Shown here: positions 40,021 to 55,267 of the stretch, piece after piece
Layout of the letters: each line of letters opens with the position of its first letter
Position numbering within the stretch: the stretch's first letter is position 1
Origin: Octopus vulgaris
Lineage: Eukaryota
Assembly: GCA_951406725.2 (NCBI GenBank)
Contig: OX597825.1
Span: 9,920,001-9,984,000, forward strand
Direction: 5' to 3'
DNA: 64,000 nucleotides
Notes under the pieces: generated by a model
What the model was told of the DNA's origin: nothing
Databases searched by the model: none
Seen by the model: the letters and a program-made list of their open reading frames with translations, nothing else
Translations under genes and position numbers: made by a program

Positions 40021-40248
40021 GGTGGCAAGCTGGTAAAATCATTAGCAGAATGGACAAAATATTCCATGGTGTTTCTTTTGGCTCTTTATGTTCTGGGTTC
40101 AAATTCTGCTGAGATTGACTTTGCTTTTCTGGGTTGATAAAATAGTATCAGTTTTAAATTGGGGTTGATGTAATCAACAGCGCCCCCCCCCCTCAACTTA
40201 CACACAAAATTGCAGGCCTTGTGCTTATAGTAGAAAGGATTACTGTTA

Positions 40249-40903
40249 TTACCTCCTCCTTAGCGAAGGCAGAAGCATTGTTTCTAGTCGGTGAGCTGGG
40301 AGAAACGTTAGCATGCCGGTCGAAATGCCTAGCAGTATTTCATCTGCCGTTACGTTCTGAGTTCAAATTCCGCCATGGTCGACTTTGCCTTTCATCCTTT
40401 CGGGGTCAATTAAATAAGTACCAGTTAATGTCCAATCCATGCTAGCATGGAAAACGGACGCTAAACGATGATGATGATAATCACTGGGGTCGATGTAATC
40501 GACTTAATTCCTTTGTTTGTCCTTGTTTGTCCCCTCTATGTTTAGCCCCTTATGGGCAATAAAGAAATAATTGTTTCTAGTTATGTTTGTTTGTCCATGA
40601 ACAAAATATCTCAAGAACCGCTGGATGGATTCAGATAAAACTTTCAGGGATGTTTGGCCTTAGGACTGGCATGAACTGATCAGATTTTGGGATCAATTCA
40701 ATACCAGACAAGGATTCTGGATAACTTTTCCTATTTTTTTACTTAATTTTTTAGAGCAGTTAGGTGCATTTTTAGTATTCTCGTTTGTGAGAGCAGTCAA
40801 GTTTATTTCAGATATTCTCTTTTTAAAAACCATCTCTGGCTAATCGTTGAGAGGACATTGATGTTGCCTTCGAGGGAATTTGTGCTCTCTGTGTGCTCTT
40901 GTT
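40249..40903 (+). mobile_element. Helentron-type non-autonomous element (HINE-like) with a nested SINE
   Basis: Starts TTACCTCCTCCTTAGCGAAGGCAGAAG; internal ATCTCAAGAACCGCTGGATGGATT...AAACTTTCAGG; ends GTGCTCTCTGTGTGCTCTTGTT. The SINE at 40289-40569 is flanked by TSD ATTGTTTCTAGT. Confidence 0.55.
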
Positions 40904-41089
40904 ACTGTTACTATTAAAACCATAATATATTATATGAGTTAGCAGGGATGTTGTCCTGAAATTTGGTGACAACAAGTCTCCTCACATCTCAAGAAATTTT
41001 CTTGGGATTCTAGCACACATACACACATACACACACATTCACACACAAAGAGAAATACAGCATATATATATTTGACATACCAAACTTAC

Positions 41090-41262
41090 TTCATTTTCAT
41101 ACATCTACCATGAATCCATTTTTCACATCTCGTACACAACACCGCATTTGCCATTAACCTCCTCCCACATACACCACATGGATCCACCTTACTCACTAAC
41201 TCTTCTTCTTCCACCCAATTCACCATCACCTTTGTCTTCCTGAAGTTTGCCTTCAAACCCTT
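41090..41262 (-). mobile_element. RTE LINE fragment with a PHD-like Cys/His finger after the RT
   Basis: KGLKANFRKTKVMV...DPCGVCGRRLMANAVLCTRCEKWIHGRC. Confidence 0.7.
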
Positions 41263-42050
41263 GCAGTTTATTCTTTGCAAAGTTCATCCAACATATAATA
41301 GTACTCACCATCATCATCATCGTTTAACGTCTACTTTCCGTACTAGCATGGGTTGGACGGTTCGACCGGGGTCTGGGAAATCAGGACGCTACACCAGGCT
41401 CCAGTTTGATCTGGCAGTGCTTCTACAGCTGGATGCCCTTCCTAAAAGCCAACCACTCCGTGAGTGTAGTGGGTGCTTTTTACGTGCCACCAGCACAGGT
41501 GCCAAGCGAGGCTGGCAACGGGCACGATCGGTTGGTGCTTTTTACGTGCCACCAGCACGGAAGCCAGTCTAGGTGGCGCTGGCATTGGCCATCAGCGCTG
41601 TTCCAGTAAATTAATTTATCTTTTACTCTGCTGAAGACAACAAGGAGCAGAGTTAAAACCATAGTCAGACTCTTTCTATTCACTTAACAGGGTAAAAGGT
41701 TGATGAATTCATTATCCGCACCAACTTGACGTGCTGTTGGAAAATATCAACAGCTCAAAATTGCACGGGTTAATGGACTGTACGCTCATCTGGTTCCAAC
41801 TAAGTATGCTTACAGGACAAATGGCTACTCTATCATTCACACATGCATGGATGTACACAGACATACATGCACATGCACACATACATGCAAACACACTCAC
41901 GCACCTATGTATATGTACATTCACAAATATATATATGTGTGTGTGTGTGTGTACATGTAAATGAATATCCACATCCATCCACCCACACACATACACACAT
42001 ATACATATATATATAAATTTTGTATGTATGCATGAATATATATGTATGTG

Positions 42051-42091
<41 letters not shown>

Positions 42092-42353
42092 ACAGATATC
42101 GATATAGAAAGATAGATAGATAGATAGAGGGAGAGAGAGTGATAGAAGATAGATATAGATAGATATATATGTGCACATATAAATGTACATCTGTATATAT
42201 GCACATATATATGCACACACACACACACACAACATATATACATATATATTATATAGAGATATATACACATGTATGTATACATACATATCTATGTATGTGC
42301 CTTTGTGTGTGCGTGTGTGTGTGCATATGTGTGTGTGCGTGCATGCATGTGTG

Positions 42354-42386
<33 letters not shown>

Positions 42387-43018
42387 AAATATATCTTTGC
42401 CAGAAATAAAATGTCAAAGTAGCCATTTCTTGAAGTCATTATTTCTAAAGAAACAATACCCAGCAGGAAGGGGGGGAGGGTCCTGGATTTCTAAGAAAAG
42501 AATATTCCAGTGAAATAATATCCTAGTTTTACAATTTCTGCTTCCATTCAGTCAATATGTTGATATTGTTGTTGTTATTGTTGTTGTCACTGCCTTTTAT
42601 TTTTTATGTTATTGTTCATGGCAATACTGAGGCTTACGTTGCTGTTGTTTTTGTTGTTCATTCTATAGATCTCTGTCTGTCTGTCTGTCTGTCTGTGTGT
42701 CTCTGTAATGTTCCTGTCATTGTTATATTGATTTTTGTTGTTGTTGTTGTTGTTGTTGTTGGCACTAGAAGAAAATTGCAATCCATTTAATATGGGGAAA
42801 TGGACACACACCAGACAAATAAAAAGACACATTTGTTTTTAATACATTCATGCATGTGTGCATGCATGCAAGCATGTGTGCATGCATATGCACAGAGACA
42901 CACATGCATACATGTGTATATACATAAATACAGCACACACACACAGATACATTATATGTACATATATACACATATACATTCACAAAATCACATACATATA
43001 TGCATACACACACATATG

Positions 43019-43054
<36 letters not shown>

Positions 43055-43364
43055 AATATATATATGTGTGTGTGTGTGTGACCACCACCACAACCATTAC
43101 TACTACTACTACTACTACTACTACTACAACTACTATATATATATATATACACTCACACACACCCATACATACATGCACACATAAATGCTTACGTATATGT
43201 ATATATACATACATATACATACATAATCATGCTTTTTATTTACAAACCTCAACAGCAACAACAACAACAGCACAACTACAGCCAAAACTGTGTTTATAGC
43301 GAGGACGACCACCTCAACACTAAACCCGAAACACGACAAACCAAAAATAACAATACTTGTACTG

Positions 43365-43366
43365 AA

Positions 43367-43464
<98 letters not shown>

Positions 43465-43541
43465 AGCTACTATTATTACTACTGCCGCTGTAGCTACTAC
43501 TACTACTACAACTACTGCTGCTGTTGCAACTACTACTACTA

Positions 43542-43573
<32 letters not shown>

Positions 43574-43841
43574 TTTACTGCTGCTACTACTACTACTACC
43601 ACTACCACCACTACAACTACCATTACTTCTACTACTACTACTACTACTACCACAACTACTACTACTATCACTACTACTACTACAACTACTACTACAACTA
43701 CTACCACAACTAATACTATCACAACTACCACTACTACCACCACCACCACCACCACCACCACTACTACTACTACTATTACTACTACCACTATCACCACTAC
43801 TACTATCGCCACTACCACCACCACCACCACAACCACTACTA

Positions 43842-43870
<29 letters not shown>
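43365..43870. repeat. Compound (ACT)n/(GCT)n/(ACC)n microsatellite
   Basis: Read directly from the sequence. Confidence 0.95.
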
Positions 43871-43872
<2 letters not shown>

Positions 43873-44338
43873 CAAGAAGAACAACAGATACTACTAGAAC
43901 CAGCTCCAATACCAGCTCTATAACTATAGCCACAACACAGCCTTCATCACCACCTCAACAATTTCCCTTCACTCCACCACTCCAATGCTCTCAAAGCGTT
44001 AACCAGAACTACCAAAACACCAAACTACCATCTCGCCCCACCACCACCACCACCACCACCACCTACAACCGCCATACTGCTAGCTTAGCCAAACTTCTGA
44101 AATATTTAAAGACAGAGAAATAAATGTTGTATTGTGTTTGAAATCTTCAATAATATCTTCTTGAAAGATGCCATAAAAAGTCTTTAATCTTGTTTTGGTG
44201 AGTGGCGAAGGGAGCCGGAACGGAGTTAGTCCTATCAGTCATATAAACCGAGTTTGCAAACAGGGTCTTAAAAGTATGCTCTGAACTCAGTCAGTCGGGA
44301 AATATATTCCTTCTGTAGTGATTTCCATTATGTGACCG

Positions 44339-44399
<61 letters not shown>

Positions 44400-44506
44400 A
44401 CCTTTGCCAGGGAAACATTCTGTATTGTGTCAAAAGGCACCAGACCCATTAAAAACATAGAATGGTTATACGTATATTATATATGTATGTGTATGTATCT
44501 ATATGT

Positions 44507-44548
<42 letters not shown>

Positions 44549-44565
44549 TACGTATACGCACACAT

Positions 44566-44599
<34 letters not shown>

Positions 44600-44663
44600 G
44601 TATATACACATACATACATATATATATATACATAGATATACACATATATATGTATATACACAT

Positions 44664-44696
<33 letters not shown>

Positions 44697-44929
44697 CACA
44701 TATATATATGTATATACACATACATTCATACATACACACACACACACCTATATACATGAGTAACCACGTAAATGCAAAACAAGTTGGAAAAAATAGTACT
44801 CGATTACTGAAGGTAGAGTATGCTTTTTTTTATTAAAGCTACAAAAACATCACAAAAACTGCTACTCAGAGTTTCACATTCCATTCTTTATCACAATTGC
44901 TCGACGAGCAAGAACGTGAAATTTAGAGT

Positions 44930-46150
44930 TACCGTTTTCCCAATGTTCAGCATGTTCACTGCTGAAATTGTGATGTTTAACTCCTCTGTGATGCAGAAGT
45001 TGCATTTACTGCCTCGTATGTTATATTTACTGGCCTTATCTATAATGCTTCAGTTTATTTTAAAGTTTGTCCATAGTCCTATCTTTAAGTTTCCGTGCCA
45101 TATTACACAAAGATTTTGTATGTAATGGGTCATCCCATAAATAATGTGTTTTTTTTTCAGTTGCATGAACTAAAAGTCGAAGGGGACGGTATATACTACC
45201 TGCATAAAAGTTCTATTAAAAATCTTGTGATATTTATTTATACGAGTGTGAGAAGTGGGTATCTATACGTTTTAGAAATTGTCAAGCTATATTTGTAGTC
45301 ACGCTCGTGCTGTATGGGGGATTATACCAGAAAATCTTCCTACGTCTACGTCATTGTAGTTCAAGTTTGGCTCGATATACGTTGTATTGTTCTTAAAATT
45401 GGATCTTTCTAATGAGGAGTTGTAATAGTGAGCTACTTTTTGAAGGTTGTTTCATCAGAGAACAAGCTGGACACATGCCTACTAATACAATTAACTATCG
45501 AGCTGTATGATTATTGATGTTGAAGGGTTAGTCTCCGTCGATTTAGTCTGTGTCTTCATATGGTTTATGGAATGTTTTATATACGACTGTAATAATATTC
45601 ATAATAATATCTACCAACTTCAGTAAGACGAATTCTAACTGTATTTTTTAAGTTGAGTTAAATATACTGCATAATTTTTGTTCTATCTAATCCATAACGT
45701 GGCCATTATTATTAGGTACTTCTCCTAAAATATCGTCTGTGTATAACCGTATACAGGCGCCTTTATTTAAAAGTATGTTAAATGTAGAGATGACCTAGAC
45801 CGCTATTCTCTTCCACCATTGCTCCCCACAGTGACGTCAAAGAGTTCACCTCCATTTTTTTTTCAACCAACATGCATTCTCTTGCATTCATTATACTGAC
45901 TATATCAGCATTAGTAACAGCAATATACGTTTTACTGAACTCAAGTGATTTTTGTAGGAAACTTTTTGTCTGAACGTAAATACTTGCAAAATACCAAGGC
46001 CAATAAAAGGAAAACAAGAGCTAAAGAATTCCCTAAATATCGTTTGCCTCTTGCCTGTGTATCCGTTAATTTTGAAGTCGCGTACAAATTCGTGTAAACT
46101 CACAGAATCCCATACAATATGGATATGATTGCCAACATGCTAAAGTGGAA
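44930..46150 (-). mobile_element. Decayed Penelope-like element (RT + GIY-YIG C-terminus)
   Basis: Minus strand LFDVTVGS, IRLYTDDILG (YxDD near 45733-45744), RRKIFWYNPPYSTSVTTNIA*QFLKRIDTHF, KYHKIFNR, and SIIDKASKYNIRGSKCNFCITEE. Confidence 0.8.
45125..45212 (+). mobile_element. Mariner 5' end fragment (family of 4217-5345) interrupting the Penelope ORF
   Basis: TA-ATGGGTCATCCCATAAATAATG...TTGCATGAACTAAAA matches 4217-4300. Confidence 0.7.
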
Positions 46151-46271
46151 AGCTTGGAAAATTGTGAAGTTTTACAAATGAAACCATTAGTAGCACTATT
46201 AACCAACAAATAAAGTATGTGCGTGTATTTACACACGCACACACATGCATATATATACGTATGTATGTATG

Positions 46272-46380
<109 letters not shown>

Positions 46381-46426
46381 ATATATGTATGTATACACAC
46401 GCATATATATACGTATGTATGCATGC

Positions 46427-46463
<37 letters not shown>

Positions 46464-46497
46464 TGTATGAATGTATAAATAGATAGATAGATGGCTG

Positions 46498-46584
<87 letters not shown>

Positions 46585-46939
46585 GATGGAGAGATAGATG
46601 GATGGACGTATGCATGTATGTCTGACCTCTACGTGGGAGGTTTACATACTGGAATCAAGAGCAATCTTTCATGTCAATGCAAATGATAGGAAACATAAAA
46701 ATGGCGTTTATCATGGAAATCGTCAGTGTGAATTACTTTCCTAGCTTTTTGTTAGACGTGAGACATTTTCTTTCTTTCGTCTTTTTTTTTTTGTTTTTGT
46801 CTTTGAACAATCTGTCTCTGATACAAAGAATCTCAATGCTGTGTTTCAAACCATATATTTACACAAAATTATCAAATCAGTTATCAAGAAATTGACCACT
46901 AAATTGTCTGTTTCCCAGGCAACGACGGTTATCTTACAA

Positions 46940-46998
<59 letters not shown>

Positions 46999-47029
46999 TA
47001 TACATATATACATATATATACACATATAC

Positions 47030-47153
<124 letters not shown>

Positions 47154-47180
47154 ATATATATATACATATATAAATATATG

Positions 47181-47239
<59 letters not shown>

Positions 47240-47635
47240 CCTGCCTTCCACACCACTCCTTTAATTCTACTGCTGCTTGCCACTAGCCATTGTCCACCAT
47301 ACACACACATACACACACACTCACACACACACCCTTGTCATCTCGCACACTTTTGTTTACCATTCCTTCTTTGATTCAGCTCTACTGTTTTTGAAAACAT
47401 GTTCCTCCTTTTTTACCACTTCCGTCTTTTCAGTATGTGACCTCGTGAAGACCACTTGCAATTTTTTTCCTCTGTCCTCCCACCTCGGGATCTTTCTTTC
47501 TCCTATGTTTCCGACGAAGAGCTCCGCTCGAAACGTCATACCCTCCTTCTTCCCTTCTTTCCTGAGCGTCCAATAATACTTTATTTGTTCCACATCCTCG
47601 CGTTGTTTTTTTTTGTTTTCTTGTTTGGATTAACT
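47240..47635 (+). mobile_element. Penelope pLTR-type repeat with a hammerhead-like motif
   Basis: GTTT-CCGACGA-A-GAGC-tcc-GCTC-GAAAC-GTC at 47507-47541; inserted in (TA)n; paralogue at 5510-5720. Confidence 0.6.
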
Positions 47636-47649
47636 TTATATATATATAT

Positions 47650-47738
<89 letters not shown>

Positions 47739-48481
47739 TATATATGTATTATGTACATGTATGCCTTGGTTAGTGTATAGCTATATAACTAAGAATGAAG
47801 AAATAAAACTCTGATCTGGCTGCAACCGTCTAAGGAATCTTTTTACACGAATCATTAAATCACTTATAGTAAGATACTGGAACGGTTGCCATCACTCACA
47901 GAGAAGCCAGCTAAACAACAGCATATAAGTCGAAGAAATTACTTTTGCTCCCAAAATCTCAATCTGCACCAAAAGAAGATTAATGTTTAACATTAGATTT
48001 AAATGTATTATATAACAGACAATTCGTCAAATTACTGAATAATTAATTCAATTACCAAACTGCATGTTTTACACCCGTTTTTCCATGTTTACTCTGGTTA
48101 GATGGGACCTTTATTGTTGATGTTCTTGTTGTAATTGAAACAGTCGATTTCAAGCCGATGTCTCTTTTTATTACGAACACATCTCAACAGTGATGTATAA
48201 ATTGCACTGTGACAACCAGAATTATTTGTCTTGACTGGAAGGAACCCATCTCAACAGTTTCAAGTCTACAAGTTCAATAGTCTATCAATTTAATCTCACA
48301 TCTTTTATTTGCTATTTATATAAAATGCAGGGATGTGAAATAATCGATTTTCCAGAACAGAAACCAACAAAATCTACTAAACAATAAAACTGCAATAAGT
48401 TAAATCCGTTTCGTTACAGCAGAAATCTGATTTTTGGGGAAATAATTTATAAAGTACTACAACTGTATATATATATATATG

Positions 48482-48593
<112 letters not shown>

Positions 48594-48594
48594 C

Positions 48595-48750
<156 letters not shown>

Positions 48751-48774
48751 TATATATATGAGCAATAATAATAA

Positions 48775-49157
48775 TCTTTTCTATTATAGGCACAAGGCCT
48801 AAAATTTTGGGGGAGGGGGTAAGTCGATTATATCGACCCCAGTGCGTAACTGGTACTTATTTAAATGACCCCCAAAAGGATTGAAAGGCAAAGTTGACCT
48901 CGACGGAATTTGAACTCAGAACATAACGACAGACGAAATACCAATTTTTTTACTACCCACAAGGGGCTAAAAACAGAGAGGACACAGAAGGACAGACAAA
49001 CGGATTAAGTCGATTATATCGACCCCAGTGCGTAACTGGTACTTATTTAATCGACCCCGAAATGATTGAAAGGCAAAGTCGACCTCGGCGGAATTTGAAC
49101 TCAGAACGTAGCGGCAGACGAAATATCACTAAGCATTTCGCCCAGCCTGCTAACAGT
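48775..49157 (-). mobile_element. SINE family B, two overlapping or nested copies
   Basis: The block 48820-48945 is repeated at 49005-49125. Confidence 0.8.
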
Positions 49158-49158
49158 C

Positions 49159-49193
<35 letters not shown>

Positions 49194-50938
49194 TAATAAT
49201 AATAATAATAATAATAATAAGGGTTATTACGAAGTGCTAAACGTTTGAAGTAATCCCTTACTATTCACACACACACACACACACCCCCATACTTACATAA
49301 TGTTTTTCCGGATAAAGATACTTCTTCCGTTTGGGGTATTATTCTCTAGGTTTCCAAGGATTTCTTTTTATCACACTTTATTTAAGGGATTCCTTTCATT
49401 TCCGTATGAATATATATAAATAAAAATCATTAGAAGAATCAATTTATTAGACGAAGTCCAATAAATGCCATCAAATAAATGGAGCAGGTTTTTTTATGCT
49501 TATATGGATAATTTATTTAATTTAACCAGACACCTGTTTCTGTCTGTCGCAAAAGACTATATTTCAGGTATACAATTGAAGAATATTTCAACAAAAGTAA
49601 CGCACATTATTCTATTAAGTCATTTGGAATTCATCTGTGGATAATAATTAAATGTTTTAATACTTAAAGTTAGGACCTTTAGTTTTCTTCTTTTTGATCC
49701 TTGTAGTCATTCCGTTTCCTTACTAATTTCTTTCTTTCACTCGCCAAATCAAATTCGAAAACGAAGCTTACAATTTTTTTACTTTATTAGCATTCAGTGT
49801 ATATGTGTGAATGTGTGTGCGCGCGTGTGTGCATGTGTGCGCGTATGTGTGTGTGAGTGAGTGTGTACGGGTGCATGTGCGTATGAGTGTGTGTGTGTGT
49901 GTGTGCTAGTGTGTGAGTGTGTGCGCGCGTGTGCACGTGAGTGAGTGTGTGTGTGTCTGTGTGTATGAGTGTGTGCGCTGCGTACCCAGATCAGAAGTTC
50001 TTCATCACACAGTCACGCCTGAACCATGGTTTGAACTGAAAAAAGGAAAAAAAAAAATGGAATATTTAAAAAAACAACATCAAGTAGAAACATTAAGCAG
50101 AAAGAATAACCAAAACTTTTTGACTGCTATTTCTTAATGCTACCCCTGACCACAATGGTTTCTAGACATTCCTTCCTTGTTTTCGATCTCTTTATCTCAC
50201 CATTTCCATTTCCCATTATCTCTCTCACCTTTCTCTCTGCACATGAACATGCATATATACATACACACATGTACATGCATGTATACATACACACACGTAC
50301 ATGCATGAGTACATATACGCATACATTCATACGCACAGACGGACATAGCCTACGTGCCTGCTGACACGCACACAGACACGTTCGAAGTCAGCACTTTACC
50401 AGGTCTTTGTGTTTAAGCATGTTCGTAAATCAACCTCAGCATCTCAATAATGTCCATTACCGAGATCCTGCATCGTTTCATTCGTGAGGTTCATCATCAC
50501 CACTTTTGCGCTCTCCGCTGATTCCAACGTCTTTCTAGGTCTTCCATACAAATAACCATCACACACGAATATCTTAACGCGCACACATATACACATATAC
50601 ACACATGCATTGCCGTCCATCAATCTATGTATTAATACGTTTTCTCCCCCGTCCTCTTCTGCAACTCTGTCTTTTCTGATCTGATCAACCAAGCGCATGC
50701 GTCCATCTGCCTGTCTACCCCTCTGTCCGTCCATTACGTTTCTCAAATCAAGTTACTATCGATTCTGATATGGAAAGTAATTTTGCACGTGCACAGAATA
50801 TTACACACGTCCCCGCAGAAACATTCACGCGAGCGCGTGCCTATGCCTGTGTATGTATGCATGCATGTATGTATGTATGTATGTATGTATGTATGTATGT
50901 ATGTATGTATCTATCTATCTATCTATCTCATGTGTATG

Positions 50939-50983
<45 letters not shown>

Positions 50984-51854
50984 ATGTATATAATAATAGA
51001 ATATATATGTGTATATATGCATATATGGGTACAGGACGTCTCCTTGTATTACTTGTCCTTTTTTCTCTCGTTACTTGCGTATTTAACTCATTTGTTTTCG
51101 TATTTCATGTTGTTTACTGCTGGTGACGTTCTGTACCCATATATGCATACACAAACACACACACACACACATATATATATTACTTATATCATTATTTAAT
51201 TGAATGCCATACATCCATTTCCAAGTAAGTTTATCTGGATCTTTTCACTTTGACCGGTAAAACATCTTTTTCTCTTGGCTTTCTTGAGAAAATTCTGTAG
51301 TTTGTAACGTATTTGTTGTTTAATTACTTGCATTTCGGCAATTTCAACCAATCAATGACATCTATTGAGGTGAAAACAATTACTGCCGTAACATTTTATG
51401 GCGGTGTCATATGAAGACTATGCGTGTGTATATGTCACAGATAGCGGACGTGTGTTTGTGTTGATTGACAGGCCACGACATTCATTATATGTGTGTGTAT
51501 TCTGTATGTGTTTATGAGTTGACATCACGGAAACCGTGTTTTTTTTTCGTCAAGAAATAACAAACAAAAATTGTGTTTAGTCGTTTTCATAAATAAATAG
51601 ATGTCACAAAAATTTGTACTGCACTGTCGAAGGTAAGTATGGAAATAAATATGCAAAAAAAATAATAATAAATAAATAAATAAAGATAAAATATACTATT
51701 TCTGAGATATTTCGGGTACACACAAAATCATCTCTAGAGCTTTAGTATTATTAAGATAATATTACTCTATCTTCGATAATCAGGTGCTATATTTTCCACC
51801 TTGTTTTGCACCTATGTGCTTAGATGTATACACACACACACACACATACGATTC

Positions 51855-51999
51855 ACTCGACCCCAGGACTTATTCTTTGTAAGCTTAGTACTTATTCTAT
51901 CGGTGTCTTTTGCCGAACCGCTAAGTTACGAGAACGTAAACACACCAGCATCGGTTGTCAAGCAATGGTAGGGAGGGGAAACAAACACAGACACACACG

Positions 52000-52041
<42 letters not shown>

Positions 52042-52182
52042 CGATGGACTACTTTCAGTTTCCGCTTGCCGAATCCACTACCGTAGAAGATTCTTGCCTA
52101 AGGTGCCACACAGTGGGACTGAACCCGAGACTATGTTGTTGGGAAGCAAGCTTCTTACAATACGGCGACGCCTGCGCCTATA
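51855..52182 (-). mobile_element. SINE family A with an internal deletion
   Basis: Colinear with 622-1037. Confidence 0.75.
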
Positions 52183-53470
52183 CATAAGTAATTCGTAAAA
52201 AATGGCGATTCTTATTTTTCTCCTTTCATAAATTTTTACTTTTTCTGTTTCAACCCTTGGTCTGTTTCCTTTTGCATTTCCTTTTGGCTTACATTTATTT
52301 TCTTTCGTCTTAACTCAAGCCTTGCTTCAATTTTTTTCGAGTAATTCTGCTTTTTTCCCCCTCTTTATTGTCGCTGTTTTGCTGCCCTTTTCTCTTCAGT
52401 TCACAAAGAGCATAGACAATTTTTGTGATAATCTTCATCTTTCTGCAGTACAATATTGAGCAATTCCTTTGTGACAAAGAACTTCTCGTAATCTATTTTC
52501 TTTAAAATTACCTGTTATTTATCTGAAAGGTCGTCTCTTCACTTCTTTTTATGCTTTTAGTTCCATTCCATTATCCTCGCAGACTTACACCATCATTTCT
52601 TCTCGTGCTCTCTAACTAATTTCTCTCTCCTTCTCCTCCTTTATACGCATGTGTTGTTCACCCCCTTTTCCCATAAGTGCAAGGACGAAATCTGCTTCGG
52701 GGGTGCAAACCCAGATCTAAAATATATACACAGGTATAATGATAATAATAATAATTGTTATATTTGTACATCAATCGAATTCGATAAATCCAATAATGGA
52801 AAACTAATGTTCCAATTCAGTTCAAAAATGTTTCTACGTTCGTTCGTTTTGGCGATGAAGTTTTTTTAAGAGAATGTTCAAAGCGTTTTCATTGCTCATA
52901 ACAAAATTTTAGTGGGTACGCTTGCAACCCGTGTAACCCCTGTTTCCGAGCCTATGCCTTTTCTCTCATTAATCAAAAATTAACTCCACTTCCTCTCCAC
53001 ATTTCCTAATGTTTCCCTCCCACACTTCAACAACATGCACGAATTTTTTCTCCCTTTCAGTTCTTGTCATTCTCTCTATTATTGGCCACCTTCCATGTCT
53101 CAGTTATTTTATCACGTTGCCTATCTAATCCCTCTCTCTTTCGCAGAGCTTATTTTCCTCCTTTTCATTTCTCCTGTCTTTTCCCGCTATCTTTCCTCTC
53201 TCGCTCTTCCATCACTCCCTGTATTTTACTGTTTGCTCACTGAATTCTTTCCCTCTCTTTTTCACTCCTTCATTCTCTGTCAATCTATCACCTATCTATC
53301 TAACTATCTAATCCACCTTTCTTTATAATATTTTTGCTTCTCTTTTACCTCTCTCAGCATATTTATTGTTTTCTCCGCCCACGTTTCTATTGCACGAGAA
53401 AAAGAAGAAAACTGGCAAACAAAAAGGGCCACATAACTTGGCCTTTAATAATAATAACAACAACAACAAC

Positions 53471-53526
<56 letters not shown>

Positions 53527-53543
53527 TAAATAATAATAACAAC

Positions 53544-53593
<50 letters not shown>

Positions 53594-54227
53594 ACACGTG
53601 TGTGTATATGTGCCTGTGTACACACACGTATACATGTGTGCATACTTTCTTTAAATGCATAGTCATGAGCGCGCCATCAGTTAAACATAAACGCGCGCAT
53701 CCCACATCACGGATTACACATTATTAATGCATACACACAGAGAGAAAGAGAACTATGTCAACAAAATATAATCTTGTTGTAGTTTGATGAAGGAAATCTT
53801 GTTTCAGGAAGTTTCCACGTTGACTCTGTGAATCTCCCACTATTTTCAGTAGCAGCGCTATTTTTAGACATGCTATCTAGTGCACAGAGAGATTGGATGT
53901 CTGATTAATATATGCTTGGTCTTCACATGCAAACAACCATCTGCTACAACAATTTCAGCCATCAAATCTGATATTTATAAAGCTCTGGTTACTTATTATT
54001 TATCTGTTATTTGTTCACAAGTAACACAAACAGGTGATAAATCACTGCAGCTAGTTGTTGTTCACTGTATGGGTGTTTACTAAGAAATAATATTTCTATG
54101 GGCGTTAATTGTTAATTAATAATTGTTTAGAGGGGTTCACAGCTAATAGACGTTTATTGTTACGTATTGAATTATAACTCTTACACACATACACACACGA
54201 ACACACACAAATATTATTATTTTTTTT

Positions 54228-54480
54228 TTCTTCTTTCAAATTTGCTTCAATTTCTTGCCGAGTGTCTTCCCGACTCCTAGGGCAAAGAAACTCATAGTAT
54301 ACATTGGTAGGCCATTAAACTAAACTCAATAGTTCGTTCATTTTTTTTTTAAGTTAAATTAAAATACATGGGTAGTAATAATTCTCCCATCGACAATGCT
54401 CTTCTCAATACGTGTGATGTACCAGTTAAGACAATCTTTTGCACTTCTTTCAGGGATGGTAAGCCAGGGATCATTCTCAT
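54228..54480 (-). mobile_element. R4/Dong-clade 3' end (third family); paralogues at 57198-57530 and 57585-57812
   Basis: Minus strand PGLPSLKEVQKIVLTGTSHVLRRALSM; flanked by (ATT)n. Confidence 0.7.
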
Positions 54481-54505
54481 ATAAATATCATTATTATTAT
54501 TATTA

Positions 54506-54578
<73 letters not shown>

Positions 54579-55267
54579 GAGTGAGAGAGCAGTGCATGCC
54601 ATCAAAGTGACACTGAGGGAAAATATACAAAGCCCAGTATACCCATCATGACTGCTCGTTTGATAAGGGTACGCCAAACATAGGCATCACAACCATATGT
54701 GTGCGACATGGTGGTCTCATATCAAGATAAACAGCACATGACCTTGCAGGTGGGGCCCAGTTAGAATTTTCTTCAGGTCTAGTAGCCCATCCCGCTCAAA
54801 AGGTCCCTGAATAAGGGTTGTTTAAGGATGTTGAATGAACCGCCCATGTTTCCAGAGGTGAATTATTCAAACCCCAAAGAATTCCTCTGAACAAATGGCT
54901 ATGACGCTACCCCACTACTTCTGCTCGTGATCAGAGATGCACATATCGTCAGCTACGAAGGGACATGCTCAACTGGTTCAGGTCAAACAACTGGCAAAGA
55001 AATCTATGGCATTGAGCAGAATATTTACTATAGCCCTGTGGCGGCGAGCAGGCAGAATCGTTAGCACGCCGGGTGAAATGCTTAGCGGAATTTCGTCCGT
55101 CTGTACGTTGTGTGTTCAAATTAGCCGAGGTTTACTTTGCCTTTCTTCCTTTCGGTGTCGATAAAATAAGTACCAGTTGAACACTGGGGTCGATGTAATC
55201 GACTCATCCCCCCACCCAAAGAAAATTGCTGCCATTTTGGTAAAATTTGAAACCATTATTACTATTA

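Noticed and set aside
43229-43897. 222-aa Thr-rich mucin-like ORF (and other poly-I/Y/H/V ORFs, such as 25501-26205 and 56185-56934)
   Set aside because: These are trinucleotide or dinucleotide microsatellites, open in several frames on both strands, with no domain or credible splice context.
50444-50746. 100-aa minus-strand ORF
   Set aside because: It spans degenerate CA and GACA repeats and has no recognisable motif.
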